DNA of 64,000 bases, from positions 2,572,068-2,636,067 of the forward strand of contig OY969923.1 in the NCBI GenBank assembly GCA_963704615.1, in the 5' to 3' direction. The notes beneath the pieces were generated by a model that saw only the letters and a program-made list of their open reading frames with translations, was not told the origin of the DNA and did not search any database. The position numbers and the translations under genes were made by a program. Shown here piece after piece: positions 26,377 to 34,956 of this stretch (within the stretch, counting starts at the first letter, position 1; the number at the start of each line of letters is the position of its first letter). This stretch comes from an uncultured Acidimicrobiaceae bacterium. Its GTDB lineage: Bacteria; Actinomycetota; Acidimicrobiia; Acidimicrobiales; RAAP-2.

Positions 26377-29300
26377 GTGCGCCCGGAGGATTCGATCCGT
26401 GTCGGCCGGATCGTTCGGGTCCTCCACGAATTCGTCCGTCCCCGACGCCGTGGTCCGTCGGTGCCGGTGGAGGTGGGCGCCTTCCACGTCCACGGCGAGC
26501 CCGTTCCACCCCAACAGGCCTTCGATGCCAACTACGAACCGTTCCCCTTGGGCGGTTCGTGGGGGCCCCTCTGGGACACGACCTGGTTCCGCATCCGGGG
26601 CACCGTGCCGGTCGAATGGGCGGGTCGGGAGGTGGCCCTGGGATTCATCATCGGCAATGCCGGGTCCACCGGATTCGGTGCCGAGTCCCTGGTGTGGCGG
26701 GATGGCCGACCGGTTCAGGGACTCTCACCGAACCACAGGGAGTACGTGATCGACGGGGACGCATCCGGTGGCGACCCGATCGAACTCTTCGTCGAGTCGG
26801 CGGCCAATCCTTCCTCCCCCTTCGGGGCCAATCCGTGGCCGCTGCTGCTTCCCGAGCCTGACGGGGCACCCCAGTTCACTCTTCAGCACGTCGACCTTCA
26901 TATGCGGGATCAGGCCTTCGAGCGGTTCTGGCACGACTTCCGAGTCCTCGTCGAATTGCTGGAGCTGCCCGACGGAGAACCGCACTTCGCCCGGCTGTGC
27001 GGCGGTCTCGAACGGGCCTGCAACCTACTCCAGCTACCCGACATCGGAGACAGCTGGCAGCGGGCCCACCCGGTTCTCGAGGAGTTGCTGGCTGAACGAG
27101 CCGCGCCGGGCGCCCATGCGGTCAGCATTGTCGGCCACGCCCATCTGGATACCGCATGGCTCTGGCCTCTCCGGGAGACCGTCCGCAAATGCGCACGAAC
27201 CTTCAGCACGGTTCTCGAACTCATGGATCGGTACCCGGAATATCGGTTCGTTGTGTCCCAGGCCCAACACCTCGCCTGGATGCGCGACCACTATCCCGAC
27301 CTGTGGATCAGAATGAAGGAGCGGATCGCTGAGGGCCGGCTCGAGCCAACCGGCAGCATGTGGGTCGAAGCAGACTGCAACATCCCCTCCGGTGAGTCGC
27401 TGGTGCGCCAGATCGTCCACGGCAAGCGCTTCTATCTCGAAGAGCTCGGGATCGAGACAAACGACGTATGGCTGCCCGATGTTTTCGGCTACTCGGCCGC
27501 CCTGCCCCAGATCATGCGCCGGAGTGGCATCCGATGGTTTCTCACCCAGAAGCTCTCGTGGAACCAGTACGACGTTCTCCCTCACCACAGCTTCCTGTGG
27601 GAGGGCATCGACGGCTCACGGGTCTTTACCCACTTTCCTCCCGCCGATACCTACGGAGGCAAGGTGAACGTCCGCGAGCTGCGGTTCGCAGTCGACAACT
27701 TCAAGGATCACGATCGAGCTACTCGTTCCCTCTATCTGTTTGGATGGGGCGATGGTGGAGGTGGCCCCACCAGCGAGATGCTCGAGTCGGCTCGGCGCTT
27801 CGCCGACATGGACGATCTTCCCCGACTGACCATGGAAGGGGCGCGGGCGTTCTTCACTGCGGCCGAGGCTGACATCCGCGACCCAGCGGTCTGGTCGGGT
27901 GAGCTCTATCTCGAGCTCCACCGGGGCACGTACACCAGCCAGGCCACCACCAAGGCCGGGAACCGGCGAGCCGAGTACGCACTGCGCGAAGCCGAGTTGT
28001 GGTCGTCGCTGTCGCCCGGCGCCGCCTATCCGAGTCACCAGCTCGACGCCATCTGGAAGCTCCTGCTTCTCCACCAGTTCCACGACATCATCCCCGGATC
28101 GGGTATCCACTGGGTGTACGACGACACTGCCCGCGATCACGTCCGCATCATCAGCGAAGCGAGCAGCTTGGCCGACGACGCGAGGTCCCACCTCACTGAA
28201 GCCGTCGACACTACCGGGGCGGGCTACCCCGTCGTGATCTTCAATTCGCTCGCCCATGACCGCAGGGAATTGATCACCGTGGAGGCTCCCGGCGCACTCA
28301 CCGCCGCGGTGAGTGACACGGGCGCTCCCAGCCCCATCCAGAGGGATCCCGAGGGACGAGCGACCTTCGAAGCCAGGGTGCCAGCATGTGGATATCGGCT
28401 CTACGACCTGGTGACGGTGGACGCGGATACCGTCGGTGAGGTCACCGCCGGCCCGCGCCACCTGGAGAACGACCACCTCCGGATCGAGCTCGACGAACAG
28501 GGTCTTGTCTCCTCCATCGTCGATAAGGCGGCCCGGCGCCAGGTCCTCGCACCAGGGGCTCGGGGCAACCGCTTCCAGCTCCACCCGGACTACCCCAACT
28601 TCTACGATGCCTGGGACATCGACCGCTTCGCCTTTGACCAGGTGGTCGAGCTCGATTCGGTGGAATCGGTGGATCTCGTGGAACACGGCCCCCTCCGTGC
28701 CGGCATCCGGGTCCACCGTCGATTCGGGGACTCGGTTCTGACCCAGATCATCCGCCTCGACGCCGCATCGCGGTGGATCGACTTCGAGACCGAGATCGAC
28801 TGGCACGAGAGCAATCGGCTGCTCAAGGTGGCGTTCTCGGTCGACGTGCGCAGCCTCCGCGCCACCTACGAGATCCAGTTCGGTCACGTGGAACGGCCGA
28901 CTCATGCCAATACCAGCTGGGACGTTGCCCGCTTCGAGGTCTGCGCACACAAGTGGGCCGACCTCTCCGAGCCGGGGTACGGCGTCGCCCTCCTCAATGA
29001 TTCCAAATACGGGTACGACATCGCCGGAAACGTCATCCGTCTCTCGCTCCTGCGTTCACCGACCTGGCCCGACCCGGTGGCTGATCGCGGACACCACCGC
29101 TTCACCTACCGACTCCTCCCCCACTCCGGCGATCTCCGCGAGGCGGGCGTCATCGATGCCGGCTACGACCTCAACGTTCCCTTGCGCGCGGTCGTCGCCT
29201 CTCCTCACTCGGGCTCGGTGCCAGCCACCGCCTCACTGATCTCGGTCGATGTCCCGCACGCCGTGGTGGACACGGTCAAAATATCCGACGACGAATCGGG

Positions 29301-29499
29301 TGCATTGGTGGTGCGGATGTACGAAGCATGGGGAAGACGTGGTCCTGTCAACCTTCGACTCCCCTGGGACGTCGCTCGTGCCTCGGTGTGCGATCTGCTG
29401 GAGCAGGAGATCGGAGATACCCCAGCCCACGGCGCCACCGTCACCCTCGAGCTGTCCCCCTTCGAGATCGCCACCCTTAAGATCCATCCGGCCCGGTAA
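26377..29499 (+). CDS. Alpha-mannosidase, glycoside hydrolase family 38 (no signal peptide)
   Basis: 1040 aa. VGHAHLDTAWLWPLRETVRKCARTF, FVVSQAQHLAWM, DVFGYSAALPQIM and ELYLELHRGTYTSQ are GH38 core blocks. Confidence 0.9.
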   Translation: MRPEDSIRVGRIVRVLHEFVRPRRRGPSVPVEVGAFHVHGEPVPPQQAFDANYEPFPLGGSWGPLWDTTWFRIRGTVPVEWAGREVALGFIIGNAGSTGFGAESLVWRDGRPVQGLSPNHREYVIDGDASGGDPIELFVESAANPSSPFGANPWPLLLPEPDGAPQFTLQHVDLHMRDQAFERFWHDFRVLVELLELPDGEPHFARLCGGLERACNLLQLPDIGDSWQRAHPVLEELLAERAAPGAHAVSIVGHAHLDTAWLWPLRETVRKCARTFSTVLELMDRYPEYRFVVSQAQHLAWMRDHYPDLWIRMKERIAEGRLEPTGSMWVEADCNIPSGESLVRQIVHGKRFYLEELGIETNDVWLPDVFGYSAALPQIMRRSGIRWFLTQKLSWNQYDVLPHHSFLWEGIDGSRVFTHFPPADTYGGKVNVRELRFAVDNFKDHDRATRSLYLFGWGDGGGGPTSEMLESARRFADMDDLPRLTMEGARAFFTAAEADIRDPAVWSGELYLELHRGTYTSQATTKAGNRRAEYALREAELWSSLSPGAAYPSHQLDAIWKLLLLHQFHDIIPGSGIHWVYDDTARDHVRIISEASSLADDARSHLTEAVDTTGAGYPVVIFNSLAHDRRELITVEAPGALTAAVSDTGAPSPIQRDPEGRATFEARVPACGYRLYDLVTVDADTVGEVTAGPRHLENDHLRIELDEQGLVSSIVDKAARRQVLAPGARGNRFQLHPDYPNFYDAWDIDRFAFDQVVELDSVESVDLVEHGPLRAGIRVHRRFGDSVLTQIIRLDAASRWIDFETEIDWHESNRLLKVAFSVDVRSLRATYEIQFGHVERPTHANTSWDVARFEVCAHKWADLSEPGYGVALLNDSKYGYDIAGNVIRLSLLRSPTWPDPVADRGHHRFTYRLLPHSGDLREAGVIDAGYDLNVPLRAVVASPHSGSVPATASLISVDVPHAVVDTVKISDDESGALVVRMYEAWGRRGPVNLRLPWDVARASVCDLLEQEIGDTPAHGATVTLELSPFEIATLKIHPAR

Positions 29500-29715
29500 G
29501 CAGAGCGTGAGCGGACCGACCGACACGGTCGCCTGGTCGGCGATCGACAGGTCGATCCGGGCCTGGCCGATCGGCTCCCGGCCGGGCTGCACGGCGGCGT
29601 CCTCCGTGGCGTCAGCCGGTCACCGTGGCGCTGGCCAGGCTCCCGAAGGAGCACCTGCCCCAGTACGATGCGGCCACCCGACGCCGATGCTTTGACAACC
29701 GATGGAGGAGAGCGT

Positions 29716-31428
29716 GTGACCGTGCCCGACAAGCCACAGCTCTCGGCACTCGACATCGCCCGCAAGGCCTCCCTGAAGCCGATCGCTGAGGTTGCCCGCG
29801 AGATGGGCATTCCCACCAACCTCCTCGAGCCGTATGGGGAGTTCGTGGCCAAGATCAAGCTGGATGCCATCGCCGCTCTCGCCGACCGGCCCAAGGCCCG
29901 CTACGTGGTGGTGACCGCGATCACCCCGACACCGCTCGGCGAAGGCAAGACCACCACCACAATCGGGCTGTCCCAAGGGATGCGTCACATCGGCCAGCGA
30001 GCTACCGCCGCCATCCGCCAGGCATCGATGGGCCCCACCTTCGGCATCAAGGGGGGAGCTGCGGGCGGCGGATACAGCCAGGCCGCGCCCTTCGAGTCCC
30101 TCAACCTCCATCTCACCGGAGACATGCACGCCGTCACCGCCGCCCACAACACGCTCGCCGCCATGGTCGACAACCACATCTACCAGGGGAATCGTCTCGG
30201 GATCGATCCGCACCAGGTCAGCTGGCGCCGGGTTCTCGACGTGAACGACCGGGCACTACGGAACATCGTCATCGGTCTCGGCTCCAAGGACGACGGCACA
30301 CCTCGGCAATCGGGGTTCGACATCACGGCCGCATCCGAAGTCATGGCGGTTCTCGCTCTGGCCCACTCACTGCGGGATATGCGCCTGCGCATGGGTCGGA
30401 TCCTGGTCGGGTTCACCTCCGACGATCGGCCGGTGACCGCCGAAGAGATCCGGGCGGCCGGGGCCATGACAGTCATGATGCGTGACGCCATCAAGCCCAA
30501 TCTTCTCCAGACACTCGAGAACACCCCGGTGCTGGTCCACGCCGGGCCGTTCGGGAACATTGCCCACGGCAACTCGTCGGTTGTCGCCGATCTCATCGGG
30601 ATCCACACCGGTGACTACCTGATCACCGAAGCGGGATTCGGTGCGGACATGGGGGCAGAGCGGTTCTTCAACATCAAGTGCCGGGCGTCCGGACTGGTCC
30701 CTGACGCGGCCGTGATCGTGACCACCGTGCGGGCCCTGAAGGCTCATTCGGGCAACCATCGGATCATTGCCGGCCGGCCGCTACCGCCCTCGATACTCAC
30801 AGAGAACCCCGACGAGGTGACGAGCGGGGGTTCCAACTTGCGCAAGCAGATCGAGAACGTCCTCATTCACGGAGTGACGCCGGTGGTGGCCATCAACGCC
30901 TTCCCTGGTGACTTCGACTCCGAATATGCCGCCATACACGCCATCGCCCGTTCCCTCGGCGTGCGGTCCGCGGTCACCACCAACTTCCGGGACGGCGGGG
31001 CGGGGGCGGCCGATCTGGCCGAGGCCGTCGTCGCCGCAGCCGAGGAGCCGAATGACTTCCACTTCCTCTATCCGCTGGAGGCGCCTCTGGTCGAGAAGAT
31101 CGCGGCCATCGCGACATCGATCTACGGTGCCGACGGGGTCGATATTCTCCCCGCGGCGTCGACAGCACTCGAGCTCTTCGAGGCGAACGGATTCGGGAAC
31201 CTGCCGATCTGCATTGCCAAGACCCACCTGTCCATCTCCTCAGACCCCAAGCTGAGGGGCGCACCGACCGGCTGGCGTCTTCCGGTCCGAGAAGTCCGGG
31301 CGTCGGCCGGCGCCGGCTTCATCTACGCCATCTGCGGCGACATGCGCACGATGCCAGGCCTCAGCTCACATCCGGCGGCAGAGCACATCGATATCGACGA
31401 GAGCGGGGACGTGATCGGCTTGTCATGA
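29716..31428 (+). CDS. fhs: Formate--tetrahydrofolate ligase
   Basis: SALDIARKASLKPIAEVAREMGI, TAITPTPLGEGKTTTTIGL, PSMGPTFGIKGGAAGGGY and EAGFGADMGAEKFF-type blocks. The RBS GGAGGAGAG precedes the GTG at 29716. The ORF is open from 29668. Confidence 0.95.
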   Translation: MTVPDKPQLSALDIARKASLKPIAEVAREMGIPTNLLEPYGEFVAKIKLDAIAALADRPKARYVVVTAITPTPLGEGKTTTTIGLSQGMRHIGQRATAAIRQASMGPTFGIKGGAAGGGYSQAAPFESLNLHLTGDMHAVTAAHNTLAAMVDNHIYQGNRLGIDPHQVSWRRVLDVNDRALRNIVIGLGSKDDGTPRQSGFDITAASEVMAVLALAHSLRDMRLRMGRILVGFTSDDRPVTAEEIRAAGAMTVMMRDAIKPNLLQTLENTPVLVHAGPFGNIAHGNSSVVADLIGIHTGDYLITEAGFGADMGAERFFNIKCRASGLVPDAAVIVTTVRALKAHSGNHRIIAGRPLPPSILTENPDEVTSGGSNLRKQIENVLIHGVTPVVAINAFPGDFDSEYAAIHAIARSLGVRSAVTTNFRDGGAGAADLAEAVVAAAEEPNDFHFLYPLEAPLVEKIAAIATSIYGADGVDILPAASTALELFEANGFGNLPICIAKTHLSISSDPKLRGAPTGWRLPVREVRASAGAGFIYAICGDMRTMPGLSSHPAAEHIDIDESGDVIGLS

Positions 31429-32684
31429 AGCCCCGACGGGATTCCTGGTGCTCCGGCTCCGTGGGCGACTACGTTGAAGCTGTGCACAACGATCGATTCG
31501 GTCCCATCGATTTTGATCGATTTCACCGGAGCGAGCTCCCGGCCCTCCTCGAGGAACGGAAGGGGGTCTTCTCTCCCGCTGATGCCCGGGTTGTACGGCC
31601 CATCGGTTTCCAGCTCCACGACGGTCGGGCTTACACCTATCTCCCCTCGGGCGACATGTTCTCGGTCGTAGAAGGTTGCGACGACGCCCAGACGGTCGTT
31701 GTGCTCTCCTACGAGTCGTGGTGCGCGTTCGCCTGGGAGCTGCGCTCCTGTTTTGCCCTGCTCTACGCCGATGAGCTGGTCATCGCCCGGGGGAACTTCG
31801 GACAGCTGGTGCGCTGGGAGCCGCCCCTTCGGGTCGCCATCGACGGGCAGCCGCTCTACGACGTCGACGATCCAGCCCCGGTCGAGGACCTCCAGGGACG
31901 GGCACTCGATCTGGACCGCACCTTCACCCTCGATGATCCGGATGACGAAATCGCCGACTTCCTCCACTGTGCCGGATACGTTCATCTCCGAGGGGTGATC
32001 GATGGCAACGAAGTTGAGGCACTGCGAGCCGAGGTCAGCGCGGCTGTGGCCGCCGCTCGAGCCGACGACCGCCGATCGTGGTGGACCACCGTCGAGGGAC
32101 GCGAAGTGTGCAACCGGGTCAACTACCTCAACGACCGCTCCCAGCGCATCGCCCAGCTGGGTTCCGACGAGCGCTTCACCCGCGTCGCCGCCCTCGGGGG
32201 ACCCGAACTGCGTGATGCCTGCGACCGCCTCGATGGGAACAGCGTGGTCATCAAGGTTCCGGGTGCCAGTGCAGGCCTGGCCGACCTGCCCTGGCATCGA
32301 GACTGTGGAATGGGCGGCCACCCGGTCAAGTGCCCGATGATCAACGTGGGCATCCAGCTCGATCCCGCCACGGCCGAAACCGGCCAATTGCAGATGATCC
32401 CCGGCTCGCATCGGGGCACCTCGCGTCTGCCCAGGCCCGTCGAGGCGCAAAGGCTTCGGGTCGTAGCTCTGGCAACCGAACCCGGCGACGTGACGGTGCA
32501 CTTCGGCCATACGCTCCACGCCGCTCCCCCGCCCATCGATGAACACGCCAAGGGACGGCGGGCGCTGTACCTGACGTTCGTACCACCGCTCACCTTCGAG
32601 ATGATCGGGCCGGGCCAGGGCTACAACGACGTTCTGTTCACCAGGGGTGAAGGCCGGGTACAGCACGTCGACCAACTCCAATAG
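31425..32684 (+). CDS. Phytanoyl-CoA dioxygenase (PhyH) family Fe(II)/2-oxoglutarate oxygenase
   Basis: LPWHRDCG (HxD), QLQMIPGSHRG and VTVHFGHTLHAAPPP. The ATG overlaps the fhs stop (ATGA). Confidence 0.75.
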   Translation: MKPRRDSWCSGSVGDYVEAVHNDRFGPIDFDRFHRSELPALLEERKGVFSPADARVVRPIGFQLHDGRAYTYLPSGDMFSVVEGCDDAQTVVVLSYESWCAFAWELRSCFALLYADELVIARGNFGQLVRWEPPLRVAIDGQPLYDVDDPAPVEDLQGRALDLDRTFTLDDPDDEIADFLHCAGYVHLRGVIDGNEVEALRAEVSAAVAAARADDRRSWWTTVEGREVCNRVNYLNDRSQRIAQLGSDERFTRVAALGGPELRDACDRLDGNSVVIKVPGASAGLADLPWHRDCGMGGHPVKCPMINVGIQLDPATAETGQLQMIPGSHRGTSRLPRPVEAQRLRVVALATEPGDVTVHFGHTLHAAPPPIDEHAKGRRALYLTFVPPLTFEMIGPGQGYNDVLFTRGEGRVQHVDQLQ

Positions 32685-32774
32685 GGTTGGCCGACGATTA
32701 CGACGCCCACTGTCCCACTCCCGGCCCGTAGGGTGAGCAACGGCCGATCGGCTTCCGGTACCATTGGCCTCCAC

Positions 32775-32845
32775 GCGGGCGTAGTTCAGAGGCAGAACAC
32801 GAGCTTCCCAAGCTCGGAACGCGGGTTCGATTCCCGTCGCCCGCT
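32775..32845 (+). tRNA. tRNA-Gly (anticodon CCC), CCA not encoded
   Basis: GCGGGCG-TA-GTTC-AGAGGCA-GAAC-A-CGAGC-TTCCCAA-GCTCG-GAAC-GCGGG-TTCGATT-CCCGT-CGCCCGC-T. It has a 7-bp acceptor stem, a 4-nt variable loop and a U73 discriminator, as in bacterial tRNA-Gly. Confidence 0.9.
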
Positions 32846-32860
32846 CTCCAGGTCAAAAGA

Positions 32861-32888
32861 CATTTTTGTGGCTCAGCCATTTTTGTGG
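32861..32888. repeat. 11-bp direct repeat catttttgtgg x2 (period 17) immediately 3' of tRNA-Gly
   Basis: Copies at 32861-32871 and 32878-32888, read directly. This is an unusually A/T-rich patch for this window. Confidence 0.85.
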
Positions 32889-33016
32889 AGCGACTGGCTC
32901 GGTCCGCCGACCATGACCTCGGCGAACTCTGCCACCTTCACACAGGACCCGGGCGGTCTGGCTCACGGGCCACCTTGCAGACAGACTCACGGACCACGTT
33001 GCCGACAGGAGAGCAC

Positions 33017-33949
33017 ATGAAACGTTGGAGTGCCGTCTTCGCTGGCTCGCTCATTATGTTGGCCATGCTTGCCGTCGGCCAACAAGCCGGTGCAATACCT
33101 CGATCTGCTGCGGCCGCGCCGGCCTCATCGGGGATTGGCCCCGGATACGAGCTGCAAGTCTCCGATGCCGTGTACGGATTCAACGCCCCAGAGGTGAACT
33201 CCCTGCCAGACAACCCCACCGGAGGAACTCAGAAGTGCTTCACTCCAACGTGGGGAGCATGCACGAGCATTGGAATCGCGTCGACGGGAGACTACGTCAG
33301 TCCCGGTTACTGGATAGGGTCGACGACCCGCGTCACGGGCGCCAATGGCCAAGTTGCGTACGGTGCGGAGGTCGGCGGTTTCGGCAATACCGCTACATGC
33401 AATCAGGTATCAACCGTCGTCTCGGACGCTCCTGTTGTGGGCGTCGCCTCGGCACAGTTCGGCGCCCTCCTGACCGCCTCTGACGGCGGTGTGTTCGCGT
33501 TCTGCGGAGCACCCTTTTACGGCTCGATGGGCGGGGTGAGCCTGAGCCAGCCGGTCGTTGGGATCGCAGCCACTCCTGACGGCAAGGGTTACTGGCTGGT
33601 TGCTTCTGACGGCGGGGTGTTCAGTTTCGGGGATGCTCTCTTTTACGGTTCCATGGGTGGAAAACACCTCAACCAGCCCGTCGTTGGAATCGCTTCAACT
33701 CCTGACGGGAAAGGTTACTGGCTGGTTGCCTCTGACGGCGGAGTGTTCAGTTTCGGGGATGCAGGATTTCACGGCTCAATGGCCGGAAGCCACTTGAATC
33801 AGCCCATGGTGGCGATCGCCGCAAATCCCGACGGAACTGGCTACTGGACGGCCGCCGCGGATGGGGGTGTCTTCTCCTTCGGCGATGCGCCATTCCGAGG
33901 ATCGGCCACTGGTAGCGGCGTGCTGCAAGGGATCGCGGCAAACGGCTGA
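33017..33949 (+). CDS. Secreted protein with 4-5 tandem ~40-aa DGGVF-FGDA-FYGS repeats (beta-propeller-like)
   Basis: RBS GGAGAG and signal peptide MKRWSAVFAGSLIMLAMLAVGQQAGA. Repeats of the form LNQPVVGIA.TPDGKGYWLVASDGGVFSFGDA.FYGSMGG recur with a 120-bp period. Confidence 0.8.
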   Translation: MKRWSAVFAGSLIMLAMLAVGQQAGAIPRSAAAAPASSGIGPGYELQVSDAVYGFNAPEVNSLPDNPTGGTQKCFTPTWGACTSIGIASTGDYVSPGYWIGSTTRVTGANGQVAYGAEVGGFGNTATCNQVSTVVSDAPVVGVASAQFGALLTASDGGVFAFCGAPFYGSMGGVSLSQPVVGIAATPDGKGYWLVASDGGVFSFGDALFYGSMGGKHLNQPVVGIASTPDGKGYWLVASDGGVFSFGDAGFHGSMAGSHLNQPMVAIAANPDGTGYWTAAADGGVFSFGDAPFRGSATGSGVLQGIAANG

Positions 33950-34956
33950 ACATTGACATGGCCCTCCTGCGATGGGCGACTCGTCTGGCTATCGGGGGCT
34001 CCCACGAAGCAGGGTCAGTGCGCCATCCCTGAGACACACTCGACGTGTCCCCGACAATGACAATGGCCTTGATGGTCCACCTCTTTCGCTGGTCGTCAGC
34101 AGCGTCGGGAACACTGGGAGATTTTGCCTGACTTTGAGGCAAGGCATGAGGCATCCTCGGGCGTCGTCGGCCGTGCTCCTCCAGCGGCACATTGACAACG
34201 GGACTGCCCCATCCTGACCCTCGGATTGGTAGGGCAGTCAAACCACGGGAGGACAAGCTCATCTGCCTCCAACGTTTGACGGATGACCTCGGCTCTGTCA
34301 ATCGATTCTCCCGGCTGTGCAGGCAGCCGAGCCGCACTGCTCGGTGAGCGTTATCCACAGGCCCGCAGGTGCGGTCGGGGCGGGCCGTATCCCGTGTTTT
34401 GGGCAGCCTCAGAGAAGACTTCGCCATTGTCGCGACTCGGGCATAGGGTGGAGTGAAGGACAATGTGGCCTCATTCGGGTGCCGATTGCATTCCTTTCAG
34501 ATCGCCGCCAAGCCGCGCTGGGCTCGGCGGCCGATTGGAGAAGCGTGTCCACTGAAGCCGCAGTCCTCGCAGGAAGCCAGCTCGACGTACACCATGTGCC
34601 AGAGACGAACGGGCGAATGTCTGTGTGTCGACGATGCGGATCCCAAACTGATGGTCCCGAAGGTCGACACCACCTTCCTGTCGAACGACAACTGATTCGC
34701 TCCGGTGAATGGCTGGTCGCACAGGAGAGAATGGGCCACATCGATCGCGTTCGAGAGGTGCGACAAGGGTGACGCGATAGGCGTCTCAGCCCCGTGTGAT
34801 GAGGGCAGGGGCCCTTCCCTGAAAGCCCTTCGGCGCTTTGAATCCGCTTGCTTTAGCATGTGACCGATTGAAGACAGTCGGGCGATCGTCAGATTGTGCA
34901 TGAACGGTGGCGGCCGATACAAACGGATGCCGCCCTCCATCCGCAGCGGGGATCCA

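Noticed and set aside
29500-29715. ZTP (pfl-motif) riboswitch upstream of fhs, a gene that commonly carries one.
   Set aside because: Only a partial resemblance was found (..ggtcgcctggtcgg.. versus the conserved CCGCCUGGGC). I could not assemble the P1/P2 pseudoknot elements. A covariance-model scan is needed before any claim.
34317-34772. 151-aa ORF containing a CRRCG motif (possibly a zinc-ribbon protein), and overlapping ORFs on both strands.
   Set aside because: These are mutually overlapping ORFs in a low-GC3 stretch, and none has an RBS or a recognisable fold signature. The stretch is treated as non-coding or degenerate pending a homology search.
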